From contig OX597821.1 in the NCBI GenBank assembly GCA_951406725.2, forward strand, positions 96,348,001 to 96,412,000: a stretch of DNA of 64,000 nt. Reading direction: 5' to 3'. Origin of the DNA: Octopus vulgaris. Taxonomy: Eukaryota. Below are positions 24,387 through 38,170 of this stretch, one piece after another. The position numbers and the translations under genes were made by a program. Under the pieces are notes generated by a model that ran no database searches, was not told where the DNA came from, and worked only from the letters and a program-made list of their open reading frames with translations. Within the stretch, counting starts at the first letter, position 1. Each line of letters opens with the position of its first letter.

Positions 24387-24988
24387 CTTATTTCTTTATT
24401 GCCCACAAGGGGCTAAACATAGACGGACAAACAAGGACAGAAGAACGGATTAAGTCGATTATATCGACCCCAGTGCGTAACTAGTACTTATTTAATCGAG
24501 CCCCAAAGGATGAAAGGCAAAGTCGACATCGGCGGAATTTGAACTCAGAACGTAGCGGCCGACGAAATACCTATTTCTTTACTACCTACAAGGGGCTAAA
24601 CACAGAAGGGACAAACAAAGACAGACAAACGGATTAAGTCGATTATATCGACCCAGTGCATAAATGGTACCTAATCTATCGACCCCAAAAGGATGAAAGG
24701 CAAAGTTGACATCGGCGGAATTTGAACTCAGAACATAGCGGCCGACGAAATACCTATTTCTTTACTACCCACAATGGGCTAAACACAAATGAGACAAACA
24801 AGGACAGACAAACGGATTAAGTCGATTATATCGACCCCAGTGCGTAATAGGTACTTGTTTAATCGACCCCGAAAGGATGAAAGGCAAAGTCGACCTCGGC
24901 GGAACCTGAACTCAGAACGTAGCGACAGACGAAATACGGCTACGCATTTAGCCCGGCGTGCTAACGTTTCTGCCAGCTCGCCACCTTA
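24387..24988 (-). mobile_element. SINE family B tandem trimer within a single 12-bp TSD
   Basis: Three units of about 183 bp; TGCCTGTTAATT at 24375-24386 and 24990-25001. Confidence 0.9.
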
Positions 24989-25084
24989 GTGCCTGTTAAT
25001 TTTAACAGGTTTTAGTGACTACATAGAGAGCTATCTTGGTAAAGTAAATAAAATTATGTACCATAAATATAATAAATATAATAA

Positions 25085-25275
25085 ACCTTTCTACTAAAGG
25101 CACAAGAACTGGAATTTGGGGGAAGGGGGATTTCACTTGTGCTTATTTTATCGGCCCAGAAAGAATGAAAGGCAAAGTCGACCTCGGCGGAATATGAACT
25201 TAGAATGTAAAGACGGAAGATATGCCGGTATAGCATTTTGCCCGGAGTGCTAATGATTCTACTAGCTCGCGGCCT
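25085..25275 (-). mobile_element. SINE family B, diverged monomer
   Basis: AATGAAAGGCAAAGTCGACCTCGGCGGAATATGAACT core. Confidence 0.75.
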
Positions 25276-25487
25276 GAATAAATAAATATATTAATATAAA
25301 ATAAAATAAAAATCGGTGACATAAAGTACCAGTCAGGGAATTGAGTCACTTGGTTCGGAAAATAATAATTATTATCAGCTTTATGGATTTACACCGAGAT
25401 CTAATGACGCTGTTCTCGACTCAGGCAATAGACATGTTTAAATGGTCGTCGCATCACCTTTGTTAGAACTAATATGAATGAGTAGAT

Positions 25488-25586
25488 TAAGGCAATGCGC
25501 TGGCAGAACCGTTGGTACGCCGGACAAAATGGTTAGCGGGTTTCGTCTGTGTTGTTCGGAGCTCAAATTCCACCGAGGTCGACTTT
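25488..25586 (+). mobile_element. SINE family B head
   Basis: GCTGGCAGAACCGTTGGTACGCCGG..CAAATTCCACCGAGGTCGACTTT. Confidence 0.7.
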
Positions 25587-25626
25587 ACTGTATATATCTC
25601 TATCTCATTTCTGTCATTAGAGTGCG

Positions 25627-25674
<48 letters not shown>

Positions 25675-26322
25675 ATTATTATTATTATTATTTGATTGAA
25701 CACTACGCATCCATTTACAAATCAGTTTATCTTAACATTTTTGATGCGACTCTACTCTATACTGTTTTCTCCCCCATCCATCTCTAATTCCTCTTTCCTC
25801 CCCTTCTCCATGTTCTATCTGTCTGTCTGCCTCTCTCTCTCTTCCTTTTATTGTTTCTCTCGTTGCTCATACGTGACCGTCGTCCATCTTTCTTTTCCTC
25901 ACGTGACCATCTTTATTTTCCTACACGGCATCCTAAAGACTGGACGTCTTCTATCTTTTCTCTTTTCGAAGAAAATATTTCTCTTAGCGTTCACTATTTC
26001 CCTTCATTCTGGTCTAACGACCCTCCATGTTTATTTTCGTTCGGTTTTCTTATATGTCTCTACTGTCCTCTTTTTGTTCCCAACTTTGACTCTCCATAGA
26101 TCCAAAATTTTATTTTGGAAGTTATGGGAGCAACTGTCTTCAAAGACACATATTATTGTTGAATGCTCGAACTGGGGAGTAGATAGGCAGCCAACAACTG
26201 ATGAGGAGCCTTTCTTCGTTACTTGTCCTGTTTTCCATTTTCTCTTTCGTTGTTTGCGTATTTAACTCGGTTGTTTTCGTATTTCAGGTTGTTTACAGTT
26301 GGTGATGTCCTGTACCCATATA

Positions 26323-26378
<56 letters not shown>

Positions 26379-26379
<1 letters not shown>

Positions 26380-26469
26380 ATAGATAGATAGATATTACTC
26401 CACATGAGCTGTCTTTGGCTGTTATTTCTAAATTTTCGGTTGGTGAAGCAACTTGGCTTAACCCTTACT

Positions 26470-26507
<38 letters not shown>

Positions 26508-26582
26508 AGGGTTAAGCAACAAGTTGCTTCACCACATACCGAAAATTTAGAAATAACAGCCAAAGACAGCTCATGTGAGTAA

Positions 26583-26596
<14 letters not shown>
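26379..26596. repeat. Palindrome with (TA)n centre
   Basis: 26379-26468 versus 26505-26596; arms differ by small indels. Confidence 0.9.
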
Positions 26597-26642
<46 letters not shown>

Positions 26643-26739
26643 GATGGCCGGATAACTGAAAGATGGTGGTCTGGATTTTCACCTCGGCATCCGAAACTCA
26701 GAGTTTTATTTTGGCTACCGAATAATTGTCACATATTAC

Positions 26740-26809
<70 letters not shown>

Positions 26810-26837
26810 ATTTACACATATATATATATATATAGAG

Positions 26838-26901
<64 letters not shown>

Positions 26902-27553
26902 GCCTCTACGTTTATATATATATGGTACATAAGACAAGAAGACAAGTTGTATAATTCTTTGTATAATGATTACAAAAATGCATTATTCTACAGTAAAGTT
27001 TAGCGTATATATGGATAGAATGAAGGGGCTCAGCTGCATTAGTTGCAATCTTGCCATAGAGTTTCATTAGTGTTTGACACCCTCTTTAATTCTTCACGGA
27101 GACACTACTTACAATTATACTAACACAAAGATCATAATTAAATTGAATCTGCCGAATGACATATATAACGCGCTTTTGGTAATTTGCAAATACCGTGCGA
27201 GCGCGTGTATATGTGCGCAAATAACAGCGAGAAAGATGTAGGTCAAAATACAAACATTAGTATAGAATGTTGTAGAAGAAGGAAATACAGAAGTCATGAT
27301 CTGGATGCGGCCCAGCCCCTCAAACAGTAAGGTGTTAAGGGCTAGAAGACTTGCATAGAAGAACTTTTCCGAACACCTTCCGCCTTTCAGCTCTACTGAA
27401 GGCTTCTTAATATATATATGTATATTCGGCATCCGAAACTCAGAGTTTTATCTTGGCTACCAAATAATTGTCACATATTACATTTACAGATAAATTCCTC
27501 TATTTACATAATATTGAGGTCTCTTTCTTTCTTTTGTTATCTTACCTTTTTTA

Positions 27554-27663
<110 letters not shown>

Positions 27664-27701
27664 TATACATATAAGTATATACATATAAGTATATATATAT
27701 A

Positions 27702-27768
<67 letters not shown>

Positions 27769-27789
27769 TGCTGAATATGCAATACAAGA

Positions 27790-29470
27790 CTGTTTCCATC
27801 ACTCCGTTGGGGGACTTGTAAATCGTTATGCCTGATGAGATCCTCTACACAAAGAAATGGCAACTATTGATACCATGAAAACAGAGAAGACAGGCGTGAT
27901 ATCGATCAATAATGAAATGAGCTACAGCTCGACTATAGGCCCTGATGGATTCCCATCAATCCTCCTAAAATAACACAAAGGGATTCTATCAAGACCACTT
28001 CAGATTCTCTTTCAGAGCTTCTTCATAACAGGGAAACTTCCCCCCAAAATGTTAAAGAAAAGCATAAGGGAGGTAGCAGAGCAGATACCAAAAATTACAG
28101 ACCTGCCTCTCTAGCCTCCCATGTCAACAAAATCATGGATCACATTGTCAGGAAGAAACACATTACGTTCCTTGAAGATAATGACTTACCTCCTGACACC
28201 CAAGATGGCTTTTGCTCAGGAAGAAACTGCCTTACACAACATTTGCAGCACTATAACTGGGTGATGAAACAATTAAGGAATCTCTCAAACGTGGATGTGA
28301 TGTATCTTGACTTTGGAAAGGCTTTTGATAAAGTCGATCATAGGATGTCACAAGCTACGGAGACTTCACATAGCCAGAAAACTTGGAAAGTGATTGCATG
28401 ACTTCTTAAATAGCCAATGGAAGTAGCCAATGGAGTCGTCTCCATGGAGACAGTAATAGAAAGCAGAGTGCCTTAGTGAACTGTATTGGAGCCGTTGTTC
28501 ATCGTGGCTCTTTCAGACATGCCATCAGTTACACAGACAGCCATAATTACTAGCTATGTCCATGACACAAAACTAGAACAAACAGTCAAGGGACCTTCTG
28601 ATGCTAATCTTCGGCAGAATGACCTAGATGCCATATATAAATGGGCTGAGGATAACAACATGCAATTTAATGCAGGCAAATTTTAAGCCCTCTGCTATCA
28701 GCTAATTGGTGTTCACAGGTCGCAACAACGATACTTTGGACCAAAAGGTGCGGCAAATCCAGAATCACGTACAGTGTATGATCTCGGGATTGATATGAGC
28801 AACGATGCTTTGTTTCACATGCATATCACCAAGATGGTGGCAGCGTGCAGGCGAATGGCTGGATGGATTCTGTGAACCTTCAGAACAGGGGACAAGTAAA
28901 ATATACGGTTCAACTGAGGACATTTGTCTTCAGCCATCTGGACTACTGCTCTCAAATGTGGTCACCTTACAGTGTCAGATTAATAACGGAACTTGAGGCA
29001 GTTCAGTAATGTTATACAAGAAAGATCGCATCAATGGAACAACTGAGCTACTGGGAGGAAACTGAAATAACTACGACCCTACTCTCTGGAGCGAAGACGG
29101 GAGAGGTATGAAAGAGCCTGGAGGAGTTTTGGTATCGAACTGGACGTCACTGCACTGTTCTAAAGGTCCCAGCTATCCCATCTAGAGTGAGGATTATTTG
29201 CTGCAATAGTTTGGGATTGAAGGACCCACGGCTATTTACCGACTTGCTAAAACATTTGCAGGACCTTCATGGAGTGGGACAAGAAACAGCTTGGCCTCCT
29301 GATATCCAAGGTCCCAGATGAACCAATATCAAGGCGGGTGATTCAAAAGAGGGCAGCAGTGTTGAACTCCCTCCTTCACCGAACGACAATCACATAAGAT
29401 TGGCCATTGAAAAGGTGATTACACTGGCGGTGCTCCAGCATGGCCACAACATTAGGGCTGAAATGTGTAA
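27790..29470 (+). mobile_element. CR1/L2-group LINE, degenerate RT through 3' tail
   Basis: GPDGFPSILL, NYRPASL, QDGFCSGRNCLT, DVMYLDFGKAFDKVDH, YVHDTK (YADD site), WAEDNNMQFNAGKF; stops and frameshifts. Confidence 0.9.
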
Positions 29471-29509
29471 AATAATAAAAGAATAAAATAATATATATGC
29501 GCGTATATC

Positions 29510-29735
29510 TCTTTTACTCTTTACTCTTTTACTTGTTTCAGTCATTTGACTGCGGCCATGCTGGAGCACCGCCTTTAGTCGAGCAAATCGACCCCAGGAC
29601 TTATTCTTTGTAAGCCCAGTACTTATTCTATCGGTCTCTTTTGCCGAACCGCTAAGTGACGGGGACGTAAACACACCAGCATCGGTTTTCAAGCAATGCT
29701 AAGGCGACAAACACAGACACACAAACATATACACA
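29510..29735 (-). mobile_element. SINE family A 3' half
   Basis: Reverse complement of the 5520-5712 region. Confidence 0.9.
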
Positions 29736-29767
29736 CACACTTATATATATATACATATATACATATA

Positions 29768-29822
<55 letters not shown>

Positions 29823-31187
29823 TACATATACACACTTATATATATATACATATATACATATATGTATATATGTATGAGCTTTTGTATGTTTATGTTCAAC
29901 GAGTTGAAAAATCTTTTGTGTTAAAATGCATAAGTTAGTAATTCATTAAAAGAAAAATCAATACAATATATACAATATGAAAGTAGTTATTGGGGTATTT
30001 GCAATTAACTGAAACACTTGTATGATTTTACACGCTTCCGTTATTGGATCAAAACCAATGAACAAAATTTAAAAATATCGATCCCGGTATTCATTTCAAT
30101 CTGGTACATCTAAAGGGCTGGGCCGCATGTAGATCATGACTCTTGGATATCCTTCTTCTACCGTATTTTGTGCTACTGTTTTGCATTTAGCCTATATATC
30201 CGTGGGTGGTAGATACACGCGCGCGCGCACACACAAAACATATGTGAACTTATATATTTATTCTATACATCGATCTCAATGGAAAATTTCTCTTTCAAAG
30301 TATAAAGTATAGAAGTGCAAAATATACATTTCCTCGGCAAATTTTATATCAACTTCTGTTTACAAAGCTTCACAAATAATACATTGGTTAACCCTGAAAG
30401 AGCCGCAATTTCGTTGCAAAAAATTTGCTTCCTGACTTTGAGTTCGATAACAATGCATAGTACTATTGGCAAGTGTCTTCTTTCAAAGATAGGGGACGCC
30501 CAAAAAATTCTGAGCAACTGTAGTTGAGCAAAACACATTGGAAATTTCCATCACACACTTACTTGACACCACTCTGTTGCAAGTTATCGCCAGACCCGAT
30601 GGAGAAAGTTGATTGTGATAGTCTAGTGTCTTATCCAAGAGAAGATGTCTTCTCTACTTAACATTACGTCGCCTCACAATAGCCAACGAACCTGTATTAA
30701 ATGCTTGCTAAATAATAGAGGATCAACAATTTTATATACATTCTCTTGTATTAGCTCAATGTAGCAACCAAATTTTCCCTCAGTAAAAGCTGTTTCGCAC
30801 TTTAAAATATAAGCGAACGAATCAATTACGGAGTTTTCAAAGTATTATCGAAGAATCAGTGTCATTTTTTTACGCAAATATAATTTACAGCTCCTGTTCT
30901 TTTTGTTGTATAACCTCCAGGTTTATTCGGCAAATGATGTAATCAAAGGCGCTTATTGATGTGCTTTTTTTCACACTCTACCATCTAAGTGTGATTTGAC
31001 AGATATTCGGGTGTTATGTCGAGAGGATCTTTCCACCGTTAATGTCCTTGCTGTGTGGCCGTTGTTACGATCTGACTGAGAATACATATGATAAAAGGCG
31101 ATCCAGCTTGTACATGTCGCCTCTTCACACACACAAACGCTCATACACACACACATACGTTTAGCATTTTGTCTATATTTCTTTGTC

Positions 31188-31303
<116 letters not shown>

Positions 31304-31849
31304 CCTATATATATATATATATATATATATATTGTGTATGTGTGTATGTGTGTATGTGTGTGTGTGGGTACATTAACCAATGTGCCCATTAAAAATGCAG
31401 TGGGATGCGTGTGATTTGGCTGGTATTTCTAACATGTCAAGCGCCCGTGTAGCAACTTCCTAATGTTTCCCCCATGCAACTGTATAAAGATTGGCAGTAG
31501 AGGAGAGAAATAGGATGATCTGTATTACCATTGCATGTATTTTGTTTAACAAACTAAATTTCTAATAATATTTTTCCGACATCGTTGTTAGAGACAACTC
31601 ATGTCCAGTCTAGGATGTATAACCCTTCATTATTTTAGCACAATACCAATTATTTGTTCTGTTGTATAATTAAAATTCACAAATAAGGATCATCTAACTA
31701 AAAAGTGAGCTGCCATTTTCTTTTGCTCGGCGTAACACAGAAACTAGATATTCAATAATTAAACAATGTTTTGCTCTTGGTAATCGCAGCCACATAGAAT
31801 ACAGAGGAAGATTCCTTATGGATGCATTTCTTAATGGCTTGATCTGCAA

Positions 31850-32300
31850 GAGAGGGCCTTACCCATTGCCTTACAGATCTTCCGAGATCGGTAAATTAAC
31901 GTGGTCGACGTTTCTCTTGAATAGCTGCAATACAGATGCCGCCGAGGGAAAACACAGACGGGGATAGATTTGGATTTCATAGAGCTGATGATTCGGGATG
32001 TGAGATTAGGGATCAGTTGGTAATGGAGGCCCGGCGCGGTAGAAATAGTATAAAAGAGGCAAGCCAGATTGAAGGAATAGAGGCTACTGCAATAACTCGG
32101 TAAAAGATGAGTAGAACATGATTGTGGGTTAGAGCCTGGAGTGTGTTGATGGGCGGCTTCATGACAGTCAGTAGGGGTGGCCTGCTTCATGTAGCAGTTG
32201 TTCTTCATAAGAGACTTTAACATACTTAAAATGGAGACACTATGAAAAGTTGAGTATCGTAATGTATCAGACAACTACCCTTCCCCTCTCCTCCCATCTC
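31850..32300 (-). mobile_element. Possible old LINE C-terminal relic
   Basis: Minus-strand TLQALTHNHVLLIFYR resembles LQ.L.HRR....LFYR of L2/CR1-group ORF2 ends. Confidence 0.3.
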
Positions 32301-32561
32301 CCCGATGTCTTTAGAATAGGGGCTACACAAGCTAATGAGAAATTTTTATATAGCTACTCTATGCAGTTAAAACAGGGACGAAACTTCATCTTTAAAACAA
32401 TGCCCCTCCAATCCAAATTGCTTGACGGGAGTTCTTCATCTGAAAAGTTCTCCCCCTGTTCACTGGCCATGTAACGAGTTTCCACTTCATTTCTTATACT
32501 GATAAAAGGATGGAAATTTGTACGAGAGTATTATAGTTGCTTGAATCCACTTTAATTCATA

Positions 32562-32642
<81 letters not shown>

Positions 32643-34519
32643 ATTTATCGTCTCAACTTTAAAGAGTCGAAAGGCAAAGCCATGCTTTGTAGGATTTGAA
32701 CTCCGAATGTAAAGAGATAGAAATATACGCAACAGAATATTTAATCTGCTGTTTTAGATTTCAGTTAGTGTATCAGGCAGTCACTTGGTCAGTATGTATA
32801 TCCTACAATAACATTTAACAACAATTAATAACAATCGTTTCTGACATAAACACAAGGTTAGAGACGTATTCAGAAAGGCTATAGTTCATTGAATTGAGTC
32901 CCATTATAAAACTTGTACCTATTTTACCGACTGCAGAAATAGGAAAAGTAGAGTCGCTCCGTTTCTGAAAGGTAGAATCGAATTTTGCTTCTTTTTTTTT
33001 TTATGACTCCACCTTCCTTAGCCATGTTGAAAATATTGATATTTGGAAGTAAACTTCTATTTATTTACTTCCTTACTGTAGTTTATTGATTTATCTACTT
33101 ACATATACATATCTTTTTCTTCCATCTCGTTGAATCTTTTCATTATTCCATCCATCTGACAGAAACTTATGCTGTCTGCGACCTGTTTCCTAGTCAGGCT
33201 ACTATTATCATATTTTTTTCTCTCTATCGTTATGTCTGACAGTATGTCTACCAGTTAATCAACCATATCACCGTCAGACAGTCCGATTTATACTGAAATT
33301 TATCTTTATATTTTTTTCTTTGGATGTGTCTATCGGCAATTGCAAGTCGTCTGTTTTTTTAGATATGTTCCAAACTAGTGAAAGCTTCATTTCATTTATT
33401 TGGTTGTTTATTTATTCCCATACATTTATTTATTTTCTCCATTCATATCATTTAGTTAGTATATCAGGCAGTCATTCGGTCAGTTTGATTTACAATTCAT
33501 CTAACATGATAATACCTGTTTGTTAGTCTCTCAACCAGTCCGTCTGTGTATTTCGATCGTTTATCGTAATGTTAACTTCCGCCACAGGAGAGTGTGTTGT
33601 CACCCCAAACGGATAAAGAAAATAATTTTCTCTCAATTTTTTTTTTAAGCAGGTTTAAACTAAATAATATGAGTGTAAACATTTTAAAGCGTAATTGAGT
33701 AAAGAAAAAAAGCAAAACGAACAACTAATTAATGAATACTTAGAGGTTCTCATTCAAGAGGTCAGATTAAACAGATAGAACTAGAGTAAAATCAACGAAA
33801 GGAAAAATATTACAAATAAAGAAGAGTTTCTTAATGTGTTAAAGTCGCAATAATTTTTAAGGTAAGGGTTATAATAATGAATTCTAAGTCCGTCAGATAA
33901 TCTCTTTTAAAACACTGTCTACCTTTGTACTTTCTCCCTTCAATATGACAGTTAGGCATTGTATATTATCTACTTTATTCGAGTTTCATTTTATTGAATG
34001 ACGTATTTATATACTGTTTTATCGCTTTCATTGTATGTGTTTGTGCCTCTCAATCCTTTAGCTCTTATTTACGTCTGCATGAATGTCTGACAGTTATTTC
34101 AACTCAATCGTTGTTAGGCGCTTTAAAGGAAAATCTATCATTGTACTTTCTTAATTCGGTTTGACTGTCAGCCATTATGTGTCGTCTGCTTTATTCATAT
34201 TCAACTTTACATCTGTTTTTCCTCTATATGTGCTGTCAACACTTTGATACGACGTCAATCCAAATGTCTGACGATTTGCCAAATCAAACATAACTTAAGC
34301 AGACAGATATTTTTTCAATAGGAAAATTCATAGTTCTAATTTATTCATTCAAATTAACAATATAGTCATTAATAGTCATTAGCTTTTTATATTGCATTTT
34401 AGTTTCATCAGAAGGAACGTACGACTCCCAAGACCTTCACAGAATTTCGGAGACCTATGAGATTGATGCCCTGAACGACTGCTTAAACTATTGCAAAACA
34501 ACAGTTGCATAAGAAACAT

Positions 34520-35000
34520 GGGGCAGGGAAGGAGTTATAATGTATTGTCGTTCTGGGATGTTATGACTGGACATAGTAGTGTGATGGACGGATTGGAAGA
34601 ATGAAACGTAAATGCCTAAACAGAGGTGGTACAAGATCAATACGCTCCGTAAAACAGAACCCACTGTCCATGTAGTGGAGTAGAGACTGAAGTGTAATTG
34701 AATGCCTAATGAATTTAGTGATCTCTCTTTGAATACTGTCTACGAAATCGGTTGGTATAACAACATTATTATCCCAGATGCAAGATATGCACCCCAATGA
34801 GAGTCTCACTTCAGCTTTATACAATTACTTGATCTGGAAAGAAAGGCTTGCCTTTGATATGCAGTCTTTATTATACGAGTTTGTGTATCCACAAGAGAAA
34901 TTTTTAATGATGATAAAGCCGAGCTTCTGAAACGATCGCGAGGATTCCAGTGCGAGTCGTAAATTTAAGCGAGGAAGGTGATGCGGTGAATGCTCTACGT
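34520..35000 (-). mobile_element. Old L2/CR1-group LINE C-terminal relic
   Basis: YKAEVRLSLGCISCIW..DSIQREITKFI..LQSL. Confidence 0.55.
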
Positions 35001-36069
35001 ATATTTTATCGTAGATTTTCTGAGTATTCCTGTAATTCTGAAGTCAAGTGTTCTGTCTGTATGCCTAACAGTTAATCAAATTAACTATATCTCTATCATA
35101 CAGACTGAAAAGTCTCTCCGCAAATATTACTCATTCGAACTGAGAGACGGCCATTAAAAGTTGTCCATTATTACTGAAGGACAGTTATTTATTTTGTTAC
35201 TTTTCTATGCGCGTTTAAGCGATTTTTTTTCAGTCACTTATTCTCCTCCTGTGTCTGACATATAAATCCAATCATATCTCCATCTGTCTGTCTGTTTTAC
35301 GGCAAATTTGCTGACGTTCTATCTTCCTCATTCGAAATGACAGTCGGCCGTTGAATGTCATCCGCTTTAATCATGTGTCCCACCAGAGTAGAGGACATAT
35401 TTATACATTTATTTATGCTTACAGTGTTTCAGTGTGAAGGGATGAAGGTGGAGACTGTCAGGCTATGACAGATTATGTGAATGCGTTTCTGAGACTTAAT
35501 TAAAAACTACGCCGGGCTGTTTTATAGTCAATCTTTCCTTCTACTTCTTTGATTCATTTTGAAAGCCAATCAATGATGTTTCCACGCGCATTCTCCATTT
35601 AAAGGATGGTCAAGACGATAAGTCGTTACATAACAAATCGACATGTCAACTGTTCCCATTTTAAGACAGCGTTGACATTGACTATTGAACGTATTTTGGC
35701 AAATTCACTTAGGGGTTCACACTAGAGAATGGGAGCAACTTGCTGTTGTAGACAGTAACAGAGCGGCAAAAAGTTATTTTGTTAGGTTGCAATGGTGAGC
35801 TCAAGTTCTCTTGCAGATTTTTCAAAACCACCTCATTCATGATAATGACAAAAGTTCATTTTATAGGCAGAGAGCTAGAATTTTGGAGAGAAGGAGACAA
35901 TCAATTATATTGAAGCAAGTATCTAATTGATACTTTAGTTTCACTTAAATACTTGGAAGGAATGAGAGTCAAAATTGTTATCTGTGGGATTGAACTTAGA
36001 ATATAAAAAATCGGGAGAAATACCACGGCTTCAATAATGATAATGATGATTGATTCAATTAATAATTGA

Positions 36070-36250
36070 TGCACAAGGCCGGCAATTTGAAGGGGGTAGG
36101 GGAATAGTCGATTACATTGGTCCCAGTAGTTGGTGGGTACTTTACTTTATTGCCTTTGAATGAAGGAAGGTTAAAGCTGACCTCGGCAGAAACTGAACTC
36201 ATAACGAAAAGAGCCAGGAAGCTATCGATATGCGTTTTACGACGTTCTAA
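36070..36250 (-). mobile_element. SINE family B, old copy
   Basis: CACAAGGCCGGCAATTTG..AGTCGATTACAT..GACCTCGGCAGAAACTGAACTC. Confidence 0.6.
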
Positions 36251-37659
36251 AGTTTTTCCCAAACCATAAACCCAATATTGATAATTATAATAAATCATAA
36301 TGATGCCGGTTTCTGTGTCTTTAAAATCTTATGTCCCTGCCGTAAGGCTTTACTTCCACACACGCAAGCTTAATTTAATTCGTCCTTAGTCGAAAGATAC
36401 CTGTTGTTATGTCCTGTTATTTGCATTTGTATTTGTGTAACATTCTCTGTTTTTTTTTTCGTCCTTGCTTTCGTATACATTCGCTGCTTTCTTCCAAGGA
36501 ATCTAATACTCTTAGCTTAGTTTTTCCTTGGGGCTGGCTAGCTTGGAGCAATCTCGAATATAATCAGCCGAAATTGCAAAGATAATCTGGAGCTCAGCTG
36601 AGGATAGTAAACTTCGAATGACCCGTCCTTGTTTTCTTTGTATCGTCTGTCTGGATGTTTTGTTGTACCTTTTTTGTATCACCTAACTCTCTGGATATGT
36701 TGCATTCTTGTCCCATTTTTGTATTTTATATATATATATATATATACACACACATATATATATATATATATGATAATATTTTGAAGGCAAAAAAGACAGT
36801 GATTTTAAACTTTATGCTTATAAGCCGCCATCAGGATGTCAAATAACGGCTAGAGAGCCGAAACTTCGATGTTGATGTCAACCTTTAAAAGTTACCAAGT
36901 ATGTTGTCTACCAATAAAATATTAAGTGATCCTTCCATTGAATGTTAAATTGTTCTTATATATAATTTCATACAAAAAACAAACAAACAAACAAACATAC
37001 ACACACAAACATACGCACACGCGCACACACAAACAAACAAACGAACAAAAATACACACATACACACTCACGGTCTCTACAAGCCTGACGAGATAGGTTTG
37101 TTTAACGAGCCTACGAAACTTTAAGTTGCACGGAACCTAATCAACTGTCATTAAATAATATATGCATCTCCTGTCAAAATTTTCTTCCGTTTGTTCACTC
37201 ATTCGTGCATGTTTGTGTGTTTGTGTGTGTGTGTGTGTGTGAGTGTGGTGGGGGAAGAGTTAATTGGATTGGTTTTATTATATCAATGCTAATTATCTCA
37301 TCGACTCTCGGAAGACGGATAGTAACTTGACTCCAGAAGTCTGTGAAATGAGAGCAAAGGAGCATGCATGGAATATCGTCTGACACTCTACCATTTCTGC
37401 TAACGCGCAGCTTTACATAAAAGTAATTACTTTTTTTTCTAAAGCACATTTCGTAATAGAGAAATGGACGATTTGATCGATCCCTGTCCTGGAATGATAT
37501 TTTAGTTTATCGATCCAGTGTGGATGAAAGGCAACTTCTAGAATATAAAAAAAATATAATTTAATACTACGTAATATTTCGTCCGACACGCTACCAATTC
37601 TACCATTTAATGTCCCATTAATGAAACAAGATATTAAAATATGTTACATATTATGAGAA

Positions 37660-38170
37660 TTACAGAAAGAAAATATTGACCACATCCTTTCTGGCTCTCG
37701 GGCATTTGCAAAGACAATATATCAACAGATATGACCGTTAGGTTGCTTTTTCAACAAAGTAACAATGTGACTACAACTTAGATACTGAGAGTAAATAGGG
37801 TAAGCATACATCACATTCAGATTGTGACAGTCATGTTATCAGAATCAAAATCATTATGATAATCAAAAGTATACCTATCCAGACTGATCAAGACCAGGTC
37901 TTAGATAACATTATCAGATATGAGAGACCAACATATTACACGGAAAGAATCTGAAAATCTCTTAAACTATGCGTTTATAAATTAACAAAATATGAAGACC
38001 TTCAAATGGAAATCTGACAGAAGAGAATATAAATGGCAGCCATAATAATCGCTGAAGTAGGTACGATAAAGAATGTCTATTAATAAAATAAAATAAAATA
38101 CTTCCGACTTGACACATTTACACAAGAACACAACCCAAGAAATGGCTACATGAAACGCAACCAAAGCCAC
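37660..38170 (+). mobile_element. Degenerate R4/Dong-type RLE LINE C-terminus
   Basis: NIDHILSGSRAFAKTIY (zinc-knuckle remnant) and PIQTD. Confidence 0.45.

Noticed and set aside
24387-24988. Regular repeats resembling a CRISPR array
   Set aside because: Whole units repeat with no unique spacers; eukaryotic SINE multimer
27355-27397. Minus-strand CUGAAAG..GAAAAGUUC hammerhead-like fold
   Set aside because: Core lacks the 3-8 pair and A9; could be chance
27832-27860. CTGATGA..GAAA
   Set aside because: Inside LINE coding relic; helices do not pair
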